A DNA stretch of 64,000 nucleotides from Penicillus capitatus. Taxonomy: Eukaryota; Plantae; Chlorophyta. Below the pieces are notes generated by a model, which worked only from the letters and a program-made list of their open reading frames with translations, searched no databases and had not been told where the DNA came from. Positions within the stretch are counted from its first letter, which is position 1; every line of letters starts with the position of its first letter. The DNA is taken from NCBI GenBank assembly GCA_965649825.1, contig OZ287697.1, positions 955,635 through 1,019,634 of the forward strand. The letters are read 5' to 3'. A program made the translations under genes and the position numbers. Shown here piece after piece: positions 45,754-56,237 of the stretch.

Positions 45754-46703
45754 CTTCGAGATGACTTTGTGGTTTTTCGATAAGTATTCACGTTTGGCGG
45801 CGGAAAGCACGTTTGAGAATGACGACAACGCGTTTAGTTTCCCGGCTAATCGTTATACTGCATCGTCCAATCTCGGTCGACGTCATGTTCAAGGATACTG
45901 ATACTGACAGAGCGCTGGACTTCGTCACCCTCACGTATGAACCAAACGAACAGTTCACGGAACACTGTCCGAGGACGGAAAGCAAATCTGCTGAGATCCA
46001 TGCTGTCTGCTCGTCGTTCGCGTACTAAATCTATCAGCGAGAACATCCGATAATGACGACGGTATACTGCACAATCAGTGCTGTCGGCCGGATCGACGAT
46101 TCTTGAGTATGCGACGGGCGCTCTTCGAAGAAACGCGTTCGCAATTTCTCCTAAACATGTTTTGCACGCTGTTGGCAGTCGGTCAGTTCACTCTTGTCGC
46201 ATTCACCTGTTTGTTCCGTCTGCCGCCAACATTCGATCCCTTTTGATAAACACGGATTGTTTTGCCGTGCGTTTCTTGAAGGAAGAGTCGCTGTGCTGTG
46301 TTCTACAGGAGAACAGCACAACGACTTGTTAACGTCAAATTCGCGAGTATTTACGATTTGTCTTATTGAGAGCTATGCATGTCATCGTGCGTCGAGCGCA
46401 AAGTCTCGTCGACAGCCTACTGCGGGCGGCTCTTCGGACGACGACCCAGGACCGTCCAGCATCGGCCTCGTAGACCGCGCCGTTTCCTATTCTCCGTTCG
46501 CTTGTCACATCCCGAGGTCAACCGTCATTTGCAGCCGTTCTTTCACAAATCTTTCAGACACCTTCACGTCTCATCATTCAGATCCTTCCACTCACACACA
46601 CTCCATCCATTTCTCAACAGACATTGATGTGACGTGCAATGACCTGATGCCCGCGCACGACCCATGGACTGTCGAGAGCCGCAGCACAACATCGAGCATC
46701 ATC

Positions 46704-46979
46704 TCATCGACGATGCAACGCATTATGGAGTTTCATAAAGAAATCGTCGATAAACCACATCATGCACGAAAAGATCAGCATGACGATCAGAACAAAGACA
46801 ACAGTACGGACAACACGCTGCGCCGCCGGCCAATGAAATCTCTCCCTCGGAGGAAACCGCAAAAACGATCGAAATGTCTCAGGATCCCCATCTTCCTCCC
46901 TCTTCGGCACCCTCCCTGTCACATTCTCTGCCGAGAGACGTTGCCGTACCGCCATCTCTTTGCCAGCATACCATCCCAC
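46704..46979 (-). CDS. Possible small membrane protein (partial exon)
   Basis: Single hydrophobic stretch VVFVLIVMLIFSCMMWFI; gene model unresolved. Confidence 0.3.
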   Translation of the reverse strand: MGWYAGKEMAVRQRLSAENVTGRVPKREEDGDPETFRSFLRFPPRERFHWPAAQRVVRTVVFVLIVMLIFSCMMWFIDDFFMKLHNALHRR

Positions 46980-47396
46980 CGATCTCTTTCTCCCCTGTCT
47001 TCACCGTCACCTCACGTCTCGTCTGCGTGCAGACCTGACCTTCCACTGCGGGTGCAGCACGCTCCTGCCTGGTGATTGTCTTCCGGCAGGCCATAGCACA
47101 TAGCTGCCGATCTTTGTCGCGAGTAAAGGCATCAGTAAGCGTCGCAGCAGGAGCGGAGTGATAGGATCACAGTGTACGACAATAGCATCACCTTCGCGTA
47201 AAGCATCCGTTAAGGACCATTTGCATCATTGCCTTTGCGGTTCAGACTGGAAGCCATTTGATTTCGTGCGTTTTGTTTTCGAAAATTATTCTACGGACGC
47301 ACGCTTCTCTGCTGAACCACGTAATAAAACTACGCACCGTCGCCAGGACGACCCGTTGAACTGTTTGTCGCATCTGCATCTCCGACCATCAGCATC

Positions 47397-49010
47397 ATGG
47401 AAGAAACCTTAGCGAAGAAAAAACCCAACACCTTGGCGACCGTTGCTGAGAACGAGCCTCCACAAGACAGCGTCGTTCGAAGCGCGGGACAGGAGGAACA
47501 CGACTCGGAAGTGGAGTCCAACAGTGGAAGTGTTGTTGAAAAGGACGCCGCCTCAGCTTCGGGGTCCACGTCATCCGAAGAGCTGTTGTACCTCGACGAG
47601 AGCGTTCCTGTTCCTGCCAAACGCCCATTGGACGCTGTGACGGCGTCTTCGTCGTCGTCGCCGTTTGGAACGGGACGGTCGGCTAAGCTCCCACCGCGAG
47701 TTCCAACGACGACCAATACCGCTGCGACTCTCCCAACCCCGGCGCCCGATTCGGAGGTAGTGGAGGGCGTGTTGCCTTCGCAGCCGTCCATTGTCCGTCG
47801 CATGCAAGAAACGAACAAATTTGACGTGGACCCAAAGGATGCACGCAATCTACTGCCGGGCGTTCTGCTCAATTCTGGAAGCCTTGATTTGGACGGTGTG
47901 ATTGATGGAATGGAAGCGCGTGTGACAGAGAAGAAACGCCAAGAGCAGGAGGCGCTGTTACATCTCCTGCGTCAAAAGGAGCTGGAAAATCTCTACCTCG
48001 CTCAACAGCAGCAACAGCAACAGCAGGAGCTTCTCTTTGCAGCATCGGGGCTGGAATTGCTAACAAGTGCGTTAAACGAGCAATGCCATGTATCGCCTCC
48101 AGGATTTGGGCCATCCCAGTTTCAGCCGCCAACACAGCAACAGCAGCCTCCTCCTTCGCATCACCACCGGCCACAACAGCAGGTGTCTCAGGACATGGCA
48201 CGACATCCTCTGTTGCTTCAGCAGATGCTCGGCCGTCCACGTCACGGTCGAAGCGTGAGTGATCCCACTTTTGCTTTTGCTGGAGCGTTGCAGTCGATGC
48301 CTCCTTCACTTGCTCCTTTTCATCATCCGACCCCTTCTGTCGATCCAGTAACGACGCTGCCTCTGGTGGATCAATCGGATGCTCTGGCATTCCTAAGTCG
48401 CCAAAATCTGCAGCCGCAGCAACAGCAGCCCGATTGGTCCACGCCTGATGTGACGATGCAGCCGAGCTTGGGTGGCAATGCTCTGCTCTCGATACCCCCC
48501 AATCCTGTGCCACCTGAGATGCCAAACGTCGAGACGTCGCCTTCCCAGAGACGACGAAGACACGGTCCGTCCAAATCTGTCGATTTTAATGTTCTCACGA
48601 AACAGAATAAGAACAAAAACAACAACAGTTCCGCGAAGGAACGTCATACACCGTTGTCTCCTTCTACTGGCAACAAAACGACAACCAGAGCTGAAGTGAA
48701 GAAGATGGTCGAGTATCAAGCCAGTCTGGGACGTCCTACCTATGCTCCGTGGTTCAGAGATCGATCGAACCGCAACAGCACTCCCCGAGAGGGAGAGGTT
48801 CCGGGGGATAAGCCATCCGCCCATCATCACCACCGAACTCAGTCTCTGCCTCATGTTCATACCAGTCTGACAACAAATGTGCCAACGACCACGACAACGG
48901 CCGTGACACCAAGATCTCCCGATACGGCGAAGGATTTGCAGCAACCAACGCCAAAGTCCGCCCGTGTCGGGACGGGTGTCTTCTTCCCACGTATGCCAGT
49001 GCCAAACTGA
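47397..49010 (+). CDS. Hypothetical Gln/Pro/Ser-rich disordered protein
   Basis: 537-aa single ORF with polyQ tracts, a short coiled coil and C-terminal GTGVFFP motif. Confidence 0.7.
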   Translation: MEETLAKKKPNTLATVAENEPPQDSVVRSAGQEEHDSEVESNSGSVVEKDAASASGSTSSEELLYLDESVPVPAKRPLDAVTASSSSSPFGTGRSAKLPPRVPTTTNTAATLPTPAPDSEVVEGVLPSQPSIVRRMQETNKFDVDPKDARNLLPGVLLNSGSLDLDGVIDGMEARVTEKKRQEQEALLHLLRQKELENLYLAQQQQQQQQELLFAASGLELLTSALNEQCHVSPPGFGPSQFQPPTQQQQPPPSHHHRPQQQVSQDMARHPLLLQQMLGRPRHGRSVSDPTFAFAGALQSMPPSLAPFHHPTPSVDPVTTLPLVDQSDALAFLSRQNLQPQQQQPDWSTPDVTMQPSLGGNALLSIPPNPVPPEMPNVETSPSQRRRRHGPSKSVDFNVLTKQNKNKNNNSSAKERHTPLSPSTGNKTTTRAEVKKMVEYQASLGRPTYAPWFRDRSNRNSTPREGEVPGDKPSAHHHHRTQSLPHVHTSLTTNVPTTTTTAVTPRSPDTAKDLQQPTPKSARVGTGVFFPRMPVPN

Positions 49011-49675
49011 GGAGACCAGGGGGTGTGTTCGTGGCCAGATCAATAATTGTCTGTTTTGCATGACTTCAAGCATGATTCATTGTTGTGGGTTCTCGGTTTG
49101 TTTGAACGGGTGTCGCTGTGGCCTTGTTTTGTGTGTACCTACCTATCCGTGCTTGCTTGCCTGCATTAAGTATACCGCAGAATCACTTTATAAGATCGAG
49201 TCCTTCGATTCAATGTACGACCATGATTGATTGGAAAGACGGTTCTGTACAGTCTGCAAAACTATCTCTGTCTGAGCAGAAACCAGAGTAGTTGTGAAGG
49301 AAAAGAAGAAGAAGAAGAAGATCTCTTCATGCCACCACTAGAAATTTAATTTTGTGGTTGTTTCGATCGCTAGATGTCATCATTTCTTGTTTTGTTTTCA
49401 ATAAGCCGACTGTCTACACAACAGAACTTTATGAGGACCCCTTTCCTGTTGGAAGACATGTTTCTTTAGCGCTCTTGCATGAACTCGGGAATCATGGAAT
49501 AACCAAAACTGCTAACTGGCAGCGATTTGAGACGAGGGGTAACGGTGGATATATGAATAGCATCACTGTTGTGAACCTTTGATGCACACGGCGACAGTGC
49601 GATGTGTAGTGTTGTTAACCAATTTAAGGTGGTGTTATACAATACCAAGCTTTAACAACTCTGTGACCTGTCACA

Positions 49676-52600
49676 TCACAACAGCCTCTGACCCAGGACA
49701 CGTAAGCGACTGTACACAACAGACAGGATAAGTGACCCGATCAATCCCAGCACGCCCAGATCCAGGACATAGGAGATCTCGGCCACCAGGAGAGGCACGA
49801 GATTGAGGGGCAGGAGTAAAAGCGGCATCAGACGGCTGCCTAACTGATCGTGGATCCAGAGAAATCGCAGAGAAGCCAGGAGAGATGGCGCTGATGCGAT
49901 CAGCCCTCCGAGATTCCGCACGATCCACAAAACCGAATACCCATCGTCGTCTATCACACAAACAAACAATCAGCGAAAGAGCGTGCCTGCGAGAAGCATA
50001 GCACCGAATCCGGGGACAGCACGTGCTTGGAAGACGTCCACGATTTCTGCTAAAGTCGACCACCACAGACAAACCACCAGAGCCGCCAGAACAGGAAAGT
50101 ATCGTCTCTTTTCGGCCAAATCTCGAAACAGAAGAGGATCTTGACTCAGCAGGAGCAGTATGGGAACCACAACAAAGATCCCCACGTCTTTTCCACCTAA
50201 GCGTGCATTGCGTCATATCTATCGATCCATTCCACGTCGTTCATTTCTTCCGTTACCTGTGAAGTAACTGTTGAGACTGAGACAGAGGATAAACGAGAAC
50301 AGAGTGGTGAGGTTTCCTGCGATGGGTGCCCAGCCGAGTCCCTCTGCCGAAAGCCGACGCAGCATCATCCCTCCGGCACCACCCATTCGCATCCTGCCAG
50401 CCACTCGGTCGAACATTTTGGGCGAGATCATAGTACTGAACATCGCACTCAGTCCTCCAGGACTGCAAAAGGCTCGGAATGAGGACGATCCTGACGACAG
50501 GGCGCCTGTGTAGCTGTGCATGCGTGGATCCCATGAGGTGCCAGAAGGACCGGCACTGTGTCCGCCGCCCGTTTTCAAGACATGACTGATTTTCAGCTTC
50601 AATGCAAAGGCAATCAGAAGAGACTGTGCCGCATAGACGGCGAGGACGGCGGATCGTCCTGCTTGTTTTCTCTCTGTCTCCATGAGCCGAGGGGAATCGG
50701 GGAAGAGACGCTGCATGTCGATCGGAACGGGAGGCAATGGCAATTCTGCCTGCAGGAGGAAGGTCACGGGGAACAGAAGGGCCCATGCGGTGAGCAGGAG
50801 TGGCATCCAGGAGACACTGAAGTCAGAGGGATACTGAACAAGCACCAAAAATCCGCATCCCATGATGCACGAGGCAACACAGAGCTTCTGCAGAATCCCT
50901 TGCCCTGCAAAGAGCTCCAATCCCAAGTAACTGCCAACACAGAGGCCACCCAACGCTCCCCACAGAAGTCTGGACTGAACAGAACGCTGGACAGGGGTAT
51001 TGGATGTGATGGCAGCGAGACTGGTCATGATGGCAGCAACGATGAGCCACAGAGGCCAGTGCTCGCGTCGGGTCCATCCCATACCATACATCTCGAGATC
51101 ATCCACTTCGTGATTGGGCACATGTCGTTCATCCCAGAGACGTGGACAGAGTCCAGTCGGGAGTTGAGGACAGGCTGCCATGCCCCGAATAGGCACAGGC
51201 GGTCTCAGAAAACACAGCAGAGCTCCCAAGGCGATCGATAAAATGAAAATGCGCCTGGCCGTTGTTGCATGGAAATAGAATCGATAGATGAGGGGAGCGC
51301 AGCCGATGGAGGCAATCAGAACAAGCGTTCCCAGCAAAAGACCTTCGGGAGGATGGGAGGAGATGAGTGCCTGGATGATATCGAAGATGGCCATGCGACC
51401 GAGTAGAACAGCCAAGATGACCGCTCCAGTTAACAGAATGCCTTTCCAAGCAGGGAGCGGCTCGCGTCCAGGTTTCATCAAGAGAAGGGGAGGCGTGACG
51501 GCCAGAGTGAGTCCCAGACTGGGAAGTACGAGATGTGCTTCTGGTAACAGCAGCATAGGGAGTTTGGAGAGATAGATGCACTGCAGCAGCCATCCAACCG
51601 TCTCCGAAATGAACTCTCGCCCGACCAGTCTACACCAAATCACGTTGGTCGAGCAGCAGATGCGATTGGGGAAAGATGGCTGACTTTTTGGAGAACCAGT
51701 ATCCGGCAATGGATGTGAACAGGATGAGGTAGGCGGGATAGATGGCGGCATCTTCGTCGTGCTCTCCTGCAAACAGCCGTTCCTCCAAGAGCGTCACGCA
51801 AATGGCTTGTAGGCACAGGAAAGCTTCGAGTCCTCTGGTTGTCAACGTGTCGAAGCTGTCGGTGAGGAGCAGTCCAGGAACAACGAGGGCCACAACTCCA
51901 GAGACGCCGATCAGTTGGCAGATGATATGGAGCGAAATGCTTCCGACAGTGATCTCCAGGAACCAGAAGTGGTGCCAGAGGAGCCAACCAAGAGAAGTGA
52001 GCGTCCCAGCACAGAACATGAAGTAATCTCTGAGCATACCGGAATCATAGAAAAGAGCGAAACCGGCAGATCCGAGCAAAGGAGCGACCATCATGAACAA
52101 TGGCAGTCCTACAGAGATGCCGCCGGCACAGGCAGAGAGCACAAGAAAACAGGATCCCATGATGAAGCCCAGCTGACTCTGAAGCCACCCTAAAACACAA
52201 GAACATGCACAGAATACAGCAGATAAGGTTCAGAGGGGCAGGTATTACCTGCAAAGTGTGCACCGATGACCCCCGCTTTGAGAAAGAGAAAGGTCGAGAC
52301 AATGATCCAGTTGTAGGGGAAATCGAGTGGGATGTAGTTGGCGAACGAGTGGAAGATGACGCGACCTTCGAAACCCAAAACGACGATAACCCCTGCGATG
52401 GTGGCAAGGAGAGCACGGACGTATTGTGTGACCAAGGGGCTATCGGACACCCACCACAATCCTCCTAAACAGATTCTCGTAATTTGAGTGCAAAGGGAGA
52501 GAGCAGACGGGGCAAGAGGCAGATGAAGAGGACGGGGAGGGACCAAAGCAGTTGGAGACTCCAGAAATGCTCAGACTGAAAGATGACTTCCAGATGACTT

Positions 52601-53383
52601 GATAGGTACATCAGCGTCGGAAAAACGCAGATCGCTGTCATGGACACCATTCCTTCAAACCTTCCCTGAATCTGACCAGGAGCAGTGCTCATGCCGCCCA
52701 TTCCGGGTCCGCGGACCTAGCGAGACACGATCCTTTTTTGCCAGAATGCACATTCAGTACCGGTTTCTGAAAAGACGTTGGAAGTGGCTGCATGCACAGT
52801 GCATAAATGCAGCATCCGATGATCATGGCCGGAAATGGAACGAGGTCCATTCCGAGGGCCCCTGACAGTCCCCAGCTGTGGATGACCATAGCAACGGGCA
52901 AAGCAGAGGCCACGAGGAGCCGTTCGATCGGCAGGACGAGCTGGGGATGCTGAACGAGCATCCATTTAAACTGCAGAGTGGCCCAAAGGCCAGTCAACAA
53001 CAGCGTCGATCCATTGAGCCCAAGGCTTCCGAAGAGCAACCACAAAGAGCTGCAAAAGAGTCAGGGGCGGGTGTTTGATGTGACAGGTGGGGAACCTGTC
53101 GCGTTGGAAGATGGTCGAGATGATGAAGCCGACGTTGGCGGCGACAAGCGTGATCCACACCGAGGCAAACGCAGCTTCGCGCCAACGCAGGATGTCGACG
53201 GTGTAGGTGAAGATAGCCCCAACCTGTGAGGCAATGGGAAGGGCGGGGTCAGTTGAGGCGGCGTACGAGCAAGATGCCGGAGACAAATTTGCCGGCGTAG
53301 CTGCCGAGAATGATGAGACTTGGCAGCAGCGCAACGGCCACGCGGTCGTTGTACTTGAATGGATTTGGACTGTAGCGTGCCAT
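49676..53383 (-). CDS. NEF1: NO EXINE FORMATION 1-like polytopic membrane protein, multi-exon
   Basis: RYSPNPFKYNDRVAVAL, GLWATLQFKW..ERLL, FEGRVIFHSF, HWPLW, WAPIAGNL match remembered NEF1 blocks (RFSPSTFAYNGRIAIAL, WASLQFKW..ALERLL, EIRVVFRSF, WLPTVGNV). Confidence 0.8.
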
Positions 53384-53860
53384 GGATGACGACAAATACA
53401 ACTGCTGGAAAAGGATTCGGCGCAGTTGTAGACGTCACATCATGATGGGACGTCACAAACGCATAATGCAGTTTCCTGGTGTTTTTCACTTTTACAGCGA
53501 CGCAAGATGCATTGTCTGTTTCTCTGGTGTGCTTTTTTATGCGGTAGAGATGATTAGAAGCGGACAAGCTTGTCATTGAATCAAGTGTGTATCAGGGAGG
53601 CGTCATGTTAAAGGTGTAAATTGTCAGTTTGAACTTCTGTGGAAATTGGACGTCACATCGGGCGGGATGTGCATTCGGTAGTTATTGTATAGATTCGCAC
53701 CATTTTGAATGGTATCGACCTGTCTAGAAGATGCCAATTCACCTACTACACTCACCGCAAGCACGACGCTCTGTTGAAGAGGTAATTTGCGTTTGGTATT
53801 TTGTTTCTTCTCGAGTCTCTATCGCCGACAATCAACCGTCTGCGCTCTCCGAGTGCTGGG

Positions 53861-55057
53861 ATGTGGCCTAAAGATTCTATTCTCTTGTCGACCGTGACCA
53901 TCACTTTGCTGATGGCGACCAGACCGAGTCGCATTTCTGCTCAGTCTACAAGAAGAAACGGATCGATGCAAACGCAGGAAGACGCTAGTGAGGGTGCCTC
54001 GAAGACCAACGCTTCCTCGGCAAGCACTGCTCGCGATTTCTGTTCCATTTCGCACTCGGTCGAGTCCGAACGACTTTGGGAGACAGTAAGAAAGGCAAGG
54101 GTCAGTGCACAGAGCCGACCATGCTGCACGTCATGGGGATATGGTCGAGTCGACTGCTTCATCCGAGGACCGAAATCGAACGTCATGCACATTTCCATTG
54201 ACAAGGGTGTCTACAGCGAATGGGAGGATCTCGGCGGTGTGATCGTCGACGAGATCGAATGCGTCAGTCGTGACGTCGGCATCATCGACGTCCTGGTGCT
54301 GGGCACCAACATTGCACTTTGGGTCAAGACATTCTCCGATGGAAAATGGAGCGACTGGGAGTCGTCGGATGGAAAACTGCTGGAGGTGCCTTGCTGTGTT
54401 GCCCGAACGTCCAAAACCGTCAACTGTGTTTACAGAGGAACGAACAACAAAGGCTACCACATTGAAGCTGTCAATGGCACATGGGGAGAACACGAAGACC
54501 TGGGAGCGAACTTGTTGTTCGGCCCTTTTGGATGTACGTCGCTGCACGAGGACCACTTCACCGGCTTCGCTAGCGGAATGAACTTGAACCTCTTTGAAAG
54601 ATACACGTTTTTCTCGGATGGATGGCCGGACGACTATAGCCCTCGCAACGGTCTGGTGAAAGGTCGCCCATCCGTGACGACGTGGAATACGGACAGAAAG
54701 ACGCCGAACACGAGCCGAATGGACGTTTTCACCTTGGGCGTTAAAACGAACAGCGTCATGCAAAGGACCTTCGATGGGACATGGCACGAATGGATCGATC
54801 TGGGAGGTGTCTTTGATTCGTCACCCGAGTGTGTGACGACTCGTATCGGCAAGATCCACTGTTTTGCCGTCGGTGAAGGATCTTATCTCTACAGTAACGC
54901 ATTAAACGGGACGACATGGACGGGATGGAAGAGGACGTCCTACGGTTACTTCATGGAGACTCCTGCTTGCGTTGTCTCCAACTGTGACGAGATCACGTGC
55001 GCCGCCAGGAGATTTAACCAAAAAGTCATCTTTATTACTAACACCGTGGACGATTGA
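53861..55057 (+). CDS. Secreted PLL-like lectin-like protein (C), single exon
   Basis: Signal peptide MWPKDSILLSTVTITLLMA; seven blades; blade 1 nearly identical to A3/B3. Confidence 0.82.
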   Translation: MWPKDSILLSTVTITLLMATRPSRISAQSTRRNGSMQTQEDASEGASKTNASSASTARDFCSISHSVESERLWETVRKARVSAQSRPCCTSWGYGRVDCFIRGPKSNVMHISIDKGVYSEWEDLGGVIVDEIECVSRDVGIIDVLVLGTNIALWVKTFSDGKWSDWESSDGKLLEVPCCVARTSKTVNCVYRGTNNKGYHIEAVNGTWGEHEDLGANLLFGPFGCTSLHEDHFTGFASGMNLNLFERYTFFSDGWPDDYSPRNGLVKGRPSVTTWNTDRKTPNTSRMDVFTLGVKTNSVMQRTFDGTWHEWIDLGGVFDSSPECVTTRIGKIHCFAVGEGSYLYSNALNGTTWTGWKRTSYGYFMETPACVVSNCDEITCAARRFNQKVIFITNTVDD

Positions 55058-55432
55058 GTCGCCACTTTTACATTTCCTTGCACATATGACTCTTTGAACA
55101 TCCGCCGTTCACAAGTTGTGTAGCCTCTTCTTTGAAGTGTATGTCAGATGAATGAAAGAAACGCCTAATTTGCTTGTATTCTCAAGAAGTGGATAACATT
55201 TGCTTTAAAAAGACTTCGAAGAACCGCAATCGTCGAGCAATGCATCTACCTATGGTAAGAGGATCGTCGTGCAAAAGCGCAGACAATTCTGTTGTATGCG
55301 TCTGTCACAACTATGGGATAATTACTGGGATGAAAAGATAGACGAAGAAACTCGATAAGGCGTCGACAAGGTGTTTTTATTGTTGACTATTCAAAAAGAA
55401 TGCGCGAGTTGTTTGACAGCGTCCATAGTTAA

Positions 55433-55510
55433 TCAGTCACTATGACCACGCAGTTCCCCGCGAGACTCGTATCCGACAAGGCCGACGTCGGGGTCAGGTA
55501 CGCAAGATTG
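55433..55510 (-). pseudogene. Relic of the A2/B2-type lectin 3' tail
   Basis: GACCCCGACGTCGGCCTTGTCGGATACGAGTCTCGCGGGGAAC aligns with GACCCGGACGTCAGCCCTCGTCGGATGCGCGTCGCGCAGGGAAC at ~4950-4992. Confidence 0.55.
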
Positions 55511-56237
55511 TTTAAAAATTTGCTTCTGGACAATAGACCTCCACGCCGAAACCGGATGGTCAACTAACGGATTGGTCTGCCGCTTTGGTTTTACGTAGCG
55601 ATATAGGTATGACAACACGCGATTTCCTTTGCCCGTCCGTAATAGAAGTATTGCTCGTCGCGTCCTCAAACGAATTCTGAGGAATTGTGCATAGTTTTGA
55701 TCAAAGGCGAAGAATCGACCTGTTTTCGTTGTCTGTATTGTGTCTCAAGATAGGTAGCTACTTGGACATCTTTGGATGTCACTGTCGCGTGCCGGCTTGT
55801 CCACACTCACTTCGTTCAAAAGAGATTTCTGGCGTGTTACACAGTTAGTTCCACGTAGCTGTCTAAATGAAAACGGCGTCGTTTGCCGGCATCGAGATGT
55901 AGCTGTTGCTCCGGGTGATCAAGTGAAATCTCTTCAGACGTCTCGAACAGGCTTTGCGGCGGATCTGTTCACACCCATACCGGACAGGATTCATAAAGAG
56001 TCTATTACAAGGCATCGTTAACGATTGCACAGACGTAAATTTCTTTTAAGCGTTTAACAACACAACATCGATATTGGCCAGAATGAAAGACACAGTAGAG
56101 AACAAAAGAGGATCATTTCGGTTGGATGCCAAGAGATACTGTTGGTCGACTCCTGTACAGAAAGGTAGCCGAAATTCCTAAGACCGTTGTTCATTGCGCG
56201 GTCATGTTTCTGATGGTAAACTGGAGAAGGTGCCTCC

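Larger units (their letters stand above)
37163..46320. repeat. Right arm (B) of the inverted duplication, including a 1.6-kb LINE-derived insertion
   Basis: Reverse complement of ~1530-9055 plus the 40651-42285 insertion. Confidence 0.92.

Noticed and set aside
49301-49320. (GAA)n microsatellite
   Set aside because: Short ordinary repeat in a 3' region.
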